Assembly (NCBI GenBank): GCA_030041135.1
Contig: JASHOL010000528.1
Coordinates: 6,720 to 70,719 of the forward strand
Direction: 5' to 3'
Origin: Streptosporangiaceae bacterium
Lineage (GTDB): Bacteria; Actinomycetota; Actinomycetes; Streptosporangiales; Streptosporangiaceae
DNA: 64,000 nucleotides
Shown: positions 40,367 to 50,190 of the stretch, one piece after another
How the letters are laid out: each line of letters begins with the position of its first letter
Numbering within the stretch: the first letter of the stretch is position 1
Translations under genes and position numbers: made by a program
Notes under the pieces: model-generated
What the model saw: the letters and a program-made list of their open reading frames with translations, nothing else
Database searches by the model: none
What the model was told of the DNA's origin: nothing

Positions 40367-42994
40367 TCACCTTTGCCAGCGGATCGCCGCCAGGCGCTTT
40401 GTTGTCACGTACCCGTTGTCGGCGAACCACCGGGCCGAGTCCTCGATGGCCAGCCGGGCCGGCCGGGACTTGTGCCCGATCTCCGCGCGTGCCCGGTTGT
40501 CATTGAAGATCATCTTCGTGGTGGACATCCGCGCGGCCTCCAGCGGCACGTGCGGCTCCCGGCGCAGCAGGCGGCCTTCCACCAACCCCGATGCGAGGGC
40601 GGTCGGCAGCACCACGGCGCGCGGAACCTCCAGCCGTGGCACCGGCAGGCCCGAGCAGTCGGCCAGTGTTTTCAAGATCTCGCGCATGGACAGGTTCTCA
40701 CCGCCCAGGATGTAGCTGCGGCCTTGCCGGCCGTGCTCCAGCGCCGCGACGTGCCCGAGCGCGAGGTCGTCGACGTGGCAGACGTTCAGGGCGGTGTCCA
40801 CGTAGGCCGGCATCCTCCCGTTGAGGAAGTCGAGCACGAGCTTGCCTGACGGCGTCGGCGCCCGGTCGCCGGGACCGAGCGGGAACGTCGGCAGCGCGAG
40901 GCTGACGTCGAGCCCTTCCGCCGCTGCCCGCAGCACCTCATGCTCGGCGGCGAACTTCGTCCGTTTGTAGTGGCCGAACAGGTGCGCCACGTCAGCGTAC
41001 GACGTCTCGTCGGCAGGCCGTCCGTCCCGCGTGCCGCGCAGTCCGAGCACCCCGACGGTAGAGGTGTAGACCATCCGCTGGCAGCCGGCGGCCTGGACTG
41101 CCTCCATCACGTTGAGCGTGCCGCCGACGTTGACCTCGTGGAAGATACGCGGATCCTTGGCCCAGAAGCGGTAGATCGCCGCCAAATGGAAGACATACCT
41201 GGCGCCGACGCAGATCGACCGCAGCGCCGTCGCATGGCGGATGTCGGCGGTGACCTGCTCGACGTCGAGGCCGGCCAGGTTCGCGGCGTCCGCGCCCGGT
41301 TCGATGACCGCGACGACCTTCGCGCCCTTGGCCAGCACGGCCCGCACGACGGCCGATCCGATGAAGCCGGACGCACCGGTGATCACGACCCGGTCGCCGG
41401 GATCGATCGACGCCGCCTCCGGCACCGCGCTGACGGCGCTGGGATGGCTGGCCCAGCTGGCCGCGCCGACCGAACTGGCCTCGGAGGCCGCGACGGCCGT
41501 GCCTGCCGAACTGGCCGCGGTGGCGGCGGTGGCGGTGGCGGCGGTGGCGGCGGCGGGCTCCTCCGTGTCGCCGGACCCGGCCGCGACGCCGGAGCCCGCC
41601 GTGCGGTGCTGCGACTTACGGCCCAAGGCGCCGCGCGCCATAGTGCGGCCGAACTCGATCGCAAGCCCTGAGCCGCGGTGCGCGTCTGCCATGACATCGT
41701 CCAGCGCGGCGATGAAGTAGTCGACCTCCTCCTGCCCGCTGATCAGCGGCGGCAGCAGCTTCACGATGTTGACATTGTCCGCGGCCACCTGGGTCAAGAT
41801 CCGGTGCCGGTGGAACAGCGGGACGACCACCATCTGCGAGAACAGTGCGGTCCGCAGCCGCTCGACCGCCCGGAACCGGCGGCCGGCCGCCTTCCCCTGC
41901 GGCTCGCCGAACTCGATTCCGACCATCAGGCCGAGCCCGCGCACGTCGTGGATCAGCTCGTACCGCTCGGCGAGGGCGCGAAGCCCGGACTGGAGGGCCA
42001 GGCCGGTAGCCTGCGCCCTGGCGATGATGTCCTCGTCGTCGAAGGCCGCCAGTGTCGCGAGACCGGCCACCATCGCCAGCTGGTTGCGGCCGAACGTGGT
42101 CGAGTGCTTAAGCGCGTCTTCCATGGAGTCGTACACGCTCGCGAAGATTTTCTCGGTGGTCAGCATGGCGCCGACCGGCACATAGCCCCCGGAGAGGGCC
42201 TTGGAGATCGTGATGATGTCCGGCTCGAGGCCCCAGTGCTCGTGACAGAAGAACCGTCCCGTCCGGCCGAGCCCGGTCTGCACCTCGTCGATGACCAGCA
42301 GGGTTCCATGTCGTCGGCACAGTTCCTGGACGGCCCGCCAGTACTCAGGCGTCGCGCAGTAGACCCCCTTGCCCTGGATCGGCTCGACGATGAAGGCCGC
42401 CGCGTCCCTTCCGGCCAGCTGGCGCTCGAGGGCGCCAAGGTCCCCGAACGGAACGGGAGCGGTCTCGGGAAGCAGCGCCCCGAACCCTGACCGGAACTCC
42501 TTGCCTCCGTTCAGGGCCAGGCTCCCGGTGGTCAGCCCGTGGAAGGCATGCTCGGCATAGAGGACCTTGGGCCGTTGCGTGGAGTGCCGGGCGAACTTGA
42601 TCGCCGCCTCGATCGACTCGGCCCCGGAGTTGCAAAAGAAGACCCGGTTGATGCCGGCGTGGGACCTGGCGACCAGCTGCTCGGCGAGCAGTCCTGGCAG
42701 CAACGCGCAGTCGAGCTGGATCATGTTGGGCAGGTCCAGGTCCAGCGCCTGGTGGAGGGCAGCCTTCACGCCGGGGTGGCTGCGGCCCAGCGCGTAGACC
42801 CCGAATCCGGACAGGAAGTCGAGGTACTTGTTCCCGGCGTCGTCGTAGAGGTAGCAGCCCTCTCCCCTGACGTAGGTGCGATCGAACCCCAGAGTCTTCA
42901 GCGTCCTGGCGAGCTGACGGTTCATGTACTGCTCGTGCAGGGCGAAGTTCTCCCCGGAACGTTCTGCGAACGCGCGGGCTACATCGAAGGGCAT
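40367..42994 (-). CDS. Fusion protein: class-III (ornithine/acetylornithine/GABA-type) PLP aminotransferase plus HpnA-like NAD-dependent epimerase/dehydratase
   Basis: The N-terminal half has LDFLSGFGVYALGRSHP, FFCNSGAESIEAAIKFAR, DEVQTGLGRTGR and ISKALSGG. An Ala/Thr/Ser linker follows. The C-terminal half has VVITGASGFIGSAVV, YKRTKFAAE and PTPSGKLVLDFLNGRMPAYVDTALNVCHVDD, as in hopanoid-associated sugar epimerases. Confidence 0.85.
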   Translation of the reverse strand: MPFDVARAFAERSGENFALHEQYMNRQLARTLKTLGFDRTYVRGEGCYLYDDAGNKYLDFLSGFGVYALGRSHPGVKAALHQALDLDLPNMIQLDCALLPGLLAEQLVARSHAGINRVFFCNSGAESIEAAIKFARHSTQRPKVLYAEHAFHGLTTGSLALNGGKEFRSGFGALLPETAPVPFGDLGALERQLAGRDAAAFIVEPIQGKGVYCATPEYWRAVQELCRRHGTLLVIDEVQTGLGRTGRFFCHEHWGLEPDIITISKALSGGYVPVGAMLTTEKIFASVYDSMEDALKHSTTFGRNQLAMVAGLATLAAFDDEDIIARAQATGLALQSGLRALAERYELIHDVRGLGLMVGIEFGEPQGKAAGRRFRAVERLRTALFSQMVVVPLFHRHRILTQVAADNVNIVKLLPPLISGQEEVDYFIAALDDVMADAHRGSGLAIEFGRTMARGALGRKSQHRTAGSGVAAGSGDTEEPAAATAATATAATAASSAGTAVAASEASSVGAASWASHPSAVSAVPEAASIDPGDRVVITGASGFIGSAVVRAVLAKGAKVVAVIEPGADAANLAGLDVEQVTADIRHATALRSICVGARYVFHLAAIYRFWAKDPRIFHEVNVGGTLNVMEAVQAAGCQRMVYTSTVGVLGLRGTRDGRPADETSYADVAHLFGHYKRTKFAAEHEVLRAAAEGLDVSLALPTFPLGPGDRAPTPSGKLVLDFLNGRMPAYVDTALNVCHVDDLALGHVAALEHGRQGRSYILGGENLSMREILKTLADCSGLPVPRLEVPRAVVLPTALASGLVEGRLLRREPHVPLEAARMSTTKMIFNDNRARAEIGHKSRPARLAIEDSARWFADNGYVTTKRLAAIRWQR

Positions 42995-43442
42995 GCTTCT
43001 CCTTGCGCTGTGCTACCTGTTAGCGGCCATCAGCAGGTGCGCCGATGCCGGCCTCCGGGCCCGGCGCCGGGGTGGCGGCCGGCCGGGCAGCGCTGTCATC
43101 CGCCTGGCTGCCCTAAGAGGCCTGAGTCGGCGGCAGGGGTAATCTGCCTCCGGCGTCCGGCCGGAGTCGCCATCCCGGCGGTGCGCTCGGGTGGCCTCCG
43201 GCAGACAACTTCCTTGCCATCCGACCATCTTGGCGCGCCGACATGCAAATCGCCCGGACTTCGCGGGGTCATCTGCGGGAAAGTCGGGGTCAGGCCTGCC
43301 GCCGGGCCCCACGCGCGGCCCGCCCGGCCTTCGGCCTGCACCCGGTTCCGTTGGCCGCCTTGGGCTGGACTCTGACAGGCCTGCCCAGAACCTGGACACG
43401 GCATGTGGTTATGCCCAAGACTGCACGTGGAGGAGGGGGGCC

Positions 43443-45011
43443 ATGGCTCTTCAGTTCCGGTGGAGTGACGCGCCGGCCGGGGGCGCTGAGGAACAGGTGT
43501 CGGCTGACTGGTCCACGTTCACCGCCATCTTCAGGGAGTACGCGGAATACGTCTTCGAGTACTGCACCAGCCTGCTGAGCGATGAGAGGGAGGCTGCGGG
43601 CGCCACCACCGTCACGTTCATTACCGCTCAGGCCCTGCTTGGCTACCTGGAGGAACACGACCGGCTTGAGGCGTGGCTGTACGCGCTCGCCCGGCGGGAG
43701 TGCACCAGCAAGCATCCGGCGCGGTGGGAGAAGCTGCCGGAAGGCGCCGGCGGCGACGGTGCCAGCGCCGGGACGGCCCAAGCGCAGCCTGCAGACGACG
43801 GCAGCGGGGCCGCGGCAAGTCCGTTGGCGCGGAACGACGACCGCAGCGACCACCGCAGCGACGACCGCGACGACCAAGGCAGCGACGACCGCGGCGATGG
43901 CCGGAGCGACGCCCAGGGCCGGAGCGCCGTGGACGAGGACACCGACCAGATGCACGCGATCACTCGCGGATCCGCGAGGAGGATGGCCGCGCGTCAGGCG
44001 CTGTCGGCGTTCAGCCGCCTGCCCGAGGAAGACCGCGAGGTACTGGCGGCGTTCAGCGCACTGTCACCGCGTGACCGCGAGGTGCTCGACCTCGTGTACT
44101 GGCACGGGCTGTCGGCCGTGGAACTGCCCGCGATCCTCGACATCCCGCCGCAGCGGGCCCAGACCCTCCTCGCCGCGGCAGCGCGCCGGTTCAGGGACGC
44201 GGCTGAGGACGTCCAGGCCGCCGGGGAGCCGGGCCAGGAGGCCGAGGGATCCGCGGATAAGCTGGCCGCCGCAATGCCGCTCGCGAGAATGCCCGCGGCG
44301 GTGTGGCGCCGCGCGTCCAGGGCCGCGTTCGACCCGGAACTGCGCGCTTACCGTAGCGCTGTCGTCGCTCACGCCGGTCGGCTCAGGCCCGACGGCTTCC
44401 CGGCCCAGCCGGCCGCCCGCGCGCAGACGTTGAAGGTAAGCGCCGCCGTGCTGGTGCCGGCTGCGGTCGGCCTTGCTCTGCTCGTGTACCTTGCCGGGTC
44501 GTCGTCGGGCTCACCGAGCGGTCAGCTCGCGCTGGCGCCAGACGGCCACTCGGCGGCTGGAGCGCATAGCCCGGCAGGCTCTGGGCACGGCCGGGCAACG
44601 GCCCGCCACGGTGCGCTGCCGGTCGCGTCCTTGTTCCCCGGCCACGTCACCCAGGGGATTCTGCCGGTGCCAACGCCCAGCCCCACCGGCACTAACGGTT
44701 TTACTCCGGTGCCGAGCACGTCCGCCCCGGCCCCGTCGTCATCGCAGCCGAGTTCGATCTCGCAGCCGCCGCCGTCGAAGTCGGCCAAACCAACCCCTTC
44801 GCCGAGTAGCGCGTCGCCGACGCCGACGGTGTCAGCCCCGTCGCCGACGCCCACCTCAACCGGGTCGACCTCTCCGACTGCGACGTCCACCTCCTCGCCC
44901 CAGGCGAGTACCTCGACTCAGGCGAGCACCTCGTCGGACGCGCCGACCTCCGTCGCCGGGGCGGTCCCGCGGTTCGCCCCTTTGGGCACGATCGAGCGCC
45001 TCCTCACCTGA
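43443..45011 (+). CDS. ECF-sigma-like protein with a long acidic insert, one predicted TM helix and a Pro/Ser/Thr-rich C-terminal tail
   Basis: Sigma-2-like FREYAEYVFEYCTSLL...RLEAWLYALARRE; sigma-4-like LSPRDREVLDLVYWHGLSAVELPAILDIPPQRAQTLL; TM VSAAVLVPAAVGLALLVYLAG. GGAGGAGGGGGG precedes the ATG at 43443. Confidence 0.65.
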   Translation: MALQFRWSDAPAGGAEEQVSADWSTFTAIFREYAEYVFEYCTSLLSDEREAAGATTVTFITAQALLGYLEEHDRLEAWLYALARRECTSKHPARWEKLPEGAGGDGASAGTAQAQPADDGSGAAASPLARNDDRSDHRSDDRDDQGSDDRGDGRSDAQGRSAVDEDTDQMHAITRGSARRMAARQALSAFSRLPEEDREVLAAFSALSPRDREVLDLVYWHGLSAVELPAILDIPPQRAQTLLAAAARRFRDAAEDVQAAGEPGQEAEGSADKLAAAMPLARMPAAVWRRASRAAFDPELRAYRSAVVAHAGRLRPDGFPAQPAARAQTLKVSAAVLVPAAVGLALLVYLAGSSSGSPSGQLALAPDGHSAAGAHSPAGSGHGRATARHGALPVASLFPGHVTQGILPVPTPSPTGTNGFTPVPSTSAPAPSSSQPSSISQPPPSKSAKPTPSPSSASPTPTVSAPSPTPTSTGSTSPTATSTSSPQASTSTQASTSSDAPTSVAGAVPRFAPLGTIERLLT

Positions 45012-45029
45012 CGCGCAGGCAGCCCCGCG

Positions 45030-46235
45030 TCAGGCGGCCTCAAAGACTGCCGCGACGCCCTGGCCGCCACCGACGCACATCGTCTCAAGGAGGTAACGTC
45101 CCTCGCGGCGCCTCAGTTCGCGCAGCCCGGTGGCGAGCATGCGGGCCCCGGTGGCCCCGATGGGGTGGCCGAGCGAGATGCCGGAACCGTTCACGTTGAG
45201 CTTGTCGGGGTCGTTCCAGCCCCAGCCCGCCAGCACGGCGAGCACCTGCGCCGCGAACGCCTCGTTCAGCTCCACCAGGTCCATCTCGTCCCAGCCGAGC
45301 CCGGTGCGGGCGAAGACCTTGGCTACCGCGGGTACCGGCCCGATTCCCATCGTGGCTGGCTCGCAGCCGGCCGCCGCCCAGCCGGCCAGGTATCCGAGCG
45401 GCTCGAGGCCGAGCGCCTCGAGCCGGTCCTCGGCCACGACCAGGCACGCGGCGGCCGCGTCGTTCTGCTGGCTCGCGTTCCCGGCCGTGACCGTGCCTCC
45501 CGGCATGATCGTGCGCAGCTTGCCCAGCGACTCGGGCGTGGAGTCCGGCCGCACTCCTTCGTCCCGGCTGACCACGATGGGCTCGCCCCGGCGCTGCGGG
45601 ACCTCGACCGCAACGACCTCGTCGTCGAACTTCCCCCCATCCCACGCCGCGGCCGCGCGCTGGTGACTGCGGGCAGCGTACGCGTCGGCCTCGTCTCTGG
45701 TGATGCCGTACTCCCTGGCCAGGTTCTCGGCCGTCTCGATCATCCCGGAGATCTTGCCGAACCGCCATTCCGGCTGCGACCGCTCCCGGCCGCGGTCGAT
45801 CCGGTCGTACAGGAACTGACTCCCCGACCTCGCGCCCCAGCGCATCGACGTCGTGTAGTGCTCGGCGTTGCTCATGCTCTCAACGCCACCGGCCACCACC
45901 GCGTCTGCCGCACCGGTCTGCACCATCATCGCCGCGGTCACGATCGCCTGGAGCCCGCCGCCACAGCGCCGGTCCAGCTGGAAGCCCGGTACCTCGACTG
46001 GCAGTCCGGCCTGCAGCGCCGCCCACCGGCCCACGCACGGCGTCTCCCCGTTCACATAAGACTGCGCGAAGGCGACGTCATCTATCCGCTGCGGATCAAT
46101 ACCGGAACGGGCCACGACCTCCTTGATCACGACCGCCGCGAGCTCCTCGACCGGCGCGTCGCGCAAGCTGCCCCCGAAGGTACCGACGGGGGTGCGTACG
46201 GGCGCGACGATGGCGGCCCTGCGAGTGGTGGTCAT
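45030..46235 (-). CDS. Acetyl-CoA C-acyltransferase (thiolase)
   Basis: Contains LDRRCGGGLQAI (nucleophile Cys) and the C-terminal TMCVGGGQGVAAVFE. Confidence 0.9.
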   Translation of the reverse strand: MTTTRRAAIVAPVRTPVGTFGGSLRDAPVEELAAVVIKEVVARSGIDPQRIDDVAFAQSYVNGETPCVGRWAALQAGLPVEVPGFQLDRRCGGGLQAIVTAAMMVQTGAADAVVAGGVESMSNAEHYTTSMRWGARSGSQFLYDRIDRGRERSQPEWRFGKISGMIETAENLAREYGITRDEADAYAARSHQRAAAAWDGGKFDDEVVAVEVPQRRGEPIVVSRDEGVRPDSTPESLGKLRTIMPGGTVTAGNASQQNDAAAACLVVAEDRLEALGLEPLGYLAGWAAAGCEPATMGIGPVPAVAKVFARTGLGWDEMDLVELNEAFAAQVLAVLAGWGWNDPDKLNVNGSGISLGHPIGATGARMLATGLRELRRREGRYLLETMCVGGGQGVAAVFEAA

Positions 46236-46344
46236 GGCGTGCTCCTCCGGTGAGAACCTGGCGATTCCCGACTCTAACCGCCCGCGTCACGGCCGAGTAC
46301 CCGCCCGTAACGAGGCAGGCTGCGCCGCCCGGCATCCTGGATCG

Positions 46345-47340
46345 TCACGCGATGACGGCCACGTACCGCCAGTCGAGCACCTCCCGCGGCTCGGGGGCGT
46401 CGGCCTGGACCTGCGAGCGCAGATGAACCAGGCCACCGCCGTTCCCCAGCGAGTCGACCTGCTCCACCGTGATCGTGCTGCGCAGGATGTTGCCCTCATG
46501 GACAGGACCGAGATGGTCGCAGCCGTGCCAGCCCGCCACGGTGGCAATCGACGGCAGGGTCCGGGTCGCCTGAGCCAGGGCCAGGCCGATGACGTGCCCG
46601 CCATAGACCAGCCGCTCGCCGCCGGCCGCCTCGGCATCGTGGTGAACCGCGGCGATGTTGAGGGTGAGTCGGGCCAGTTCGGGCGCGCTGGTGACGACAT
46701 CGCCGCCCGCAACCGGCCAGGTCTGCCCGACCCGCAGGTCCGCCAGCCGCGGTCCGGCCACCTGCCGGGCGAAGGTATACAGCCGCCAGTCGCCGACCAG
46801 CTGGCCGAGGTCCTGGGCCCGGATCGGCTCGCCGACTACGGCCAGGTCATCGGCATGCCCGGTCTGTGCCTCGGGATCGCGCAGCGGCAGCATCGCGCAC
46901 CGCCAGAAGTCCAGCACCGGCCGGTCGTCCTGGTCGGTCGTCGTGATCCGAAGCACGGCGAGGCCGGTCGGCCAGCGCCCCTCGCGCGGCCGGTTCTGCC
47001 GCAGCGCCTCGATCCGGGTGCGGGTGTGCAGGGTGTCCATGTAACGCGGGGTCCGGCGGAACGCGAGGCCGCGGTAGAACAGGTTGGCCTTGGCGTGCTG
47101 GGTCACGACGGTGGACTGCCCGATCGCAATGTCCCAGACCAGGCTGGGAGAGGCCAGCGCCGCGCCGCCGGTCACCTGCCGGCAGAGCGGGCCGTCCAGG
47201 GTTAGCGCCAGCCGCTCCCCCGTGATCGACTGGTGCGCGGCGGCCAGCCCCGGCCAGAGCGTGACGCCGGGCGCACCCGCGAACTCCTGCCCGACGGCCA
47301 GGTCGTCGAAGAAGGGGCCCTCAACTGCGGGAGACGGCAC
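46345..47340 (-). CDS. MaoC-family (double hot-dog) acyl dehydratase
   Basis: Two hot-dog-like halves. The call rests on general similarity and the beta-oxidation gene context. Confidence 0.6.
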   Translation of the reverse strand: MPSPAVEGPFFDDLAVGQEFAGAPGVTLWPGLAAAHQSITGERLALTLDGPLCRQVTGGAALASPSLVWDIAIGQSTVVTQHAKANLFYRGLAFRRTPRYMDTLHTRTRIEALRQNRPREGRWPTGLAVLRITTTDQDDRPVLDFWRCAMLPLRDPEAQTGHADDLAVVGEPIRAQDLGQLVGDWRLYTFARQVAGPRLADLRVGQTWPVAGGDVVTSAPELARLTLNIAAVHHDAEAAGGERLVYGGHVIGLALAQATRTLPSIATVAGWHGCDHLGPVHEGNILRSTITVEQVDSLGNGGGLVHLRSQVQADAPEPREVLDWRYVAVIA

Positions 47341-47434
47341 CGGCGGCCCTCCTGCGGCCGAAGAGTTCCAGGTCAGCGCGTTTTAACTAACATTAAACCG
47401 GAACGGGCTGTGTCCCGCCGGAAGGAGCAACGTC

Positions 47435-48595
47435 GTGACGGGTCTTTCGGCCGAGGAGCAGGACGTCGTCGCCACGGTCGCGGACTTTGTCGACCGAGAC
47501 GTCCGGCCCGTGGCACGGGAGCTCGAGCACGCCAACGAGTATCCGGAGAAGCTGGTCGCCCAGATGAAGGCCCTGGGAATATTCGGGCTGGCGATTCCGG
47601 CGCCCTACGGCGAGGCGCCGGTCTCGACGCCGTGCTATGCGGAGGTCACGGCCGAGCTCGCCCGCGGCTGGATGAGCCTGGCCGGGGCCATGGGCGGCCA
47701 CACCGTGGTATCCAAGCTGCTACTCCAGTTCGGCACCGGCGAGCAGAAGCAGCTGTACCTGCCGCGGATGGCGACGGGCGAGATCCGGGCGACGATGGCG
47801 CTGACCGAGCCGGCCGGCGGATCTGACCTGCAGGCGATGACCACGACCGCGCGGCCCCGGCCGGACGGCGGCTATCTGGTGAACGGCGCGAAGATGTGGA
47901 TCACCAACGCCCGCCGCTCCCAGCTGATAGCGCTGCTGTGCAAGACCGACCCTGATGCCAGGCCCCGGCACCGGGGCATCAGCATCCTGCTGATCGAGCC
48001 GGGTGATGGGCTGGTGGTCTCGCGTGACCTGCCGAAGCTCGGCTACAAGGGCGTGGAAAGCTGCGAGCTGTCCTTCACCGACTACGTCGCGCCGCCGGAA
48101 TCGCTGCTCGGCGGCGTGCCGGGCCGCGGGTTCGCCCAGATGATGAAGGGCCTGGAGATCGGACGCATCCAGGTGGCCTCACGTGCGGTCGGAGTCGCGC
48201 AAGCGGCCTTCGACGACGCGCTTAGGTACGCCCAGCAGCGCGAGACCTTCGGCGTCCCAATCTGGAAGCACCAGCAGATCGGCGGTTACCTGGCCGACAT
48301 GGCCACGAAGCTCACCGCCGCGCGCCAGCTGGTCCGGTTCGCGGCCGAGCGGTACGACGCGGGCGAGCGCTGCGACATGGAGGCGGGAATGGCGAAGCTG
48401 TTCGCGTCCGAGGCGGCGATGGAGATCGCGCTGAACGCGGTCAGGATCCACGGCGGCTACGGCTACTCGACCGAGTTTGACGTCGAGCGCTACTTCAGGG
48501 ACGCGCCGCTGATGATCGTGGGCGAGGGCACAAACGAGATCCAGCGGAACGTCATCGCGGCGCAGCTGGTCTCGCGCGGCGGCCTGGACCGCTGA
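47435..48595 (+). CDS. Acyl-CoA dehydrogenase
   Basis: Contains ALTEPAGGSDL and IHGGYGYSTEFDVERYFRDA..MIVGEGTNEIQR. Confidence 0.9.
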   Translation: MTGLSAEEQDVVATVADFVDRDVRPVARELEHANEYPEKLVAQMKALGIFGLAIPAPYGEAPVSTPCYAEVTAELARGWMSLAGAMGGHTVVSKLLLQFGTGEQKQLYLPRMATGEIRATMALTEPAGGSDLQAMTTTARPRPDGGYLVNGAKMWITNARRSQLIALLCKTDPDARPRHRGISILLIEPGDGLVVSRDLPKLGYKGVESCELSFTDYVAPPESLLGGVPGRGFAQMMKGLEIGRIQVASRAVGVAQAAFDDALRYAQQRETFGVPIWKHQQIGGYLADMATKLTAARQLVRFAAERYDAGERCDMEAGMAKLFASEAAMEIALNAVRIHGGYGYSTEFDVERYFRDAPLMIVGEGTNEIQRNVIAAQLVSRGGLDR

Positions 48596-48604
48596 GCCCT
48601 GCCG

Positions 48605-48865
48605 CTAGCCGGCCTGGTGTGGCTGCCGTTGCTCGTGGGTCTGCATCTGCGGCAGCGGGTGCAGGAACCGGTAGAACGACACGCCGCCGAGGACGCACTC
48701 GGCTAGCAAGATCACGAACTCAAACGTCAGCAATCCCTGTACGTAGGACGGCACCACGCCGAAGATGTTGGTCGCCGACATGCCGGAAACGGCCAGGACA
48801 ATGCCGAGAATGGCGAGGCCTGCCATGAACCACAGCCTCACTTGCTGTGCGGGATTGAGCTTCAT
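48605..48865 (-). CDS. Small membrane protein (86 aa), hypothetical
   Basis: GGAGG plus a 6-nt spacer precedes the ATG. Two or three hydrophobic segments. Local G+C is lower than the surroundings. Confidence 0.55.
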   Translation of the reverse strand: MKLNPAQQVRLWFMAGLAILGIVLAVSGMSATNIFGVVPSYVQGLLTFEFVILLAECVLGGVSFYRFLHPLPQMQTHEQRQPHQAG

Positions 48866-49281
48866 TCCTAACCTCCGAAGATGGCAGGGCGCGCCTGCCC
48901 AGCGTCGGTCAGAGCCTAAGCCGGAGGTGTTGCAGGAAATTGCCGGGAAACTTACGCAAGAGTGACGCTCATGACCTGCCTACTCTGCGGCGACTAGTGC
49001 GGCGTCGCCGTGCGCGGACTGCAGGGTGAGGACCTGGGTGATCTCCCGGTGGAGGGTGGACATCTCTACTGCCGCGCCGGTGAGGAACGCGGCAACCGCT
49101 TCGCCCAGGTCCGGGAACTGCTCCTCCGCCGCCGACGCGTTACATGCCTAGCGTGGCCACGCACCTATCTGCACCGGCGCGGCGCGCATTACCTGTTTAG
49201 GTCGAGCATGGCTTCGAGCTCGCGGCGCTGGAGCGGCGCAGGGCGTGGAGCCAGAATCGGCACTTGTCGTGGGCCGGTCTG

Positions 49282-50187
49282 TCACGCGGCCGACGCGAAA
49301 AGCCTCATGGTGCCGGTGCCGACGATCGCCGCGCTTCCGCTCACGGCGACCTCGGTGACCTCGCCGCCTTCCTTGCGCGCCGTCGCCGCCAGCTCGCTGG
49401 GGCGGCCCATCAGCACGCCCTGATCGACCTGGATCTGGTAGGTACCGTCAAGTTCCCCGGACCGGTAGGCCAGGCTGGCGGCGAGCGCGGCGCTGGCCGA
49501 GCCGGTCGCGGGATCCTCGTCGACACCGGCCGCGGGCGCGAAGAACCGGGCATAGAGTCGCGCGCCGTCACGCGATTGAGCGGCAGAACAGTCACCGGCG
49601 AAGCAGTACAGCTGCGATGACCAGCCGGCGGCGACATCGGCCGCCCATGCGGTCTTGTCCAGCGCAATCCGGTCGACCAGCTCAGGGCTGAGCAGACGGA
49701 CGAAGCAGAACCTCAGCCCGACGCCGGCGTACCAGGTGTCGGCGATCGCGTCCGTTGGCAGCGCCAGGACCCTGGCGATCGCGGCGGCGGGCGGTATCTC
49801 ATCGGTGGTCTCGAACTGGGGCGGGCGGAGCCGGAACCGAATGGCCGGGCCGTCGACCGTGACCGCTACGGGCCCGATTCCCTCCTCGAAGATGAACCGG
49901 CCTACGCCGGGTCGGGCGCCATCGGCGCTGGCCAGGACGGCTGCAGTGCCGATGGTGGGATGACCGGCGAACGGCAGTTCCTGGCTCGGCGTGAAGATCC
50001 GGACCCGGTGGGTACAAGCGGGATCGTCCGCCGGGAGGACGAACGTGGTCTCGGAGAAGTTGAACTCGCGCGCCAGCCGCTGCATGTCGGCGTCTGCGAT
50101 GCCGGCCGCCTCGGGGAACACCGCCAGCTGATTGCCGCCGAAGGGCTTGTCGCTGAACACGTCGGCCAGGGTGAAGTCAAGGCTCAT
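49282..50187 (-). CDS. PhzF-family isomerase
   Basis: Contains [15 protein letters not shown]...ETTFV...[19 protein letters not shown]. Confidence 0.85.
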   Translation of the reverse strand: MSLDFTLADVFSDKPFGGNQLAVFPEAAGIADADMQRLAREFNFSETTFVLPADDPACTHRVRIFTPSQELPFAGHPTIGTAAVLASADGARPGVGRFIFEEGIGPVAVTVDGPAIRFRLRPPQFETTDEIPPAAAIARVLALPTDAIADTWYAGVGLRFCFVRLLSPELVDRIALDKTAWAADVAAGWSSQLYCFAGDCSAAQSRDGARLYARFFAPAAGVDEDPATGSASAALAASLAYRSGELDGTYQIQVDQGVLMGRPSELAATARKEGGEVTEVAVSGSAAIVGTGTMRLFASAA

Positions 50188-50190
50188 GGC

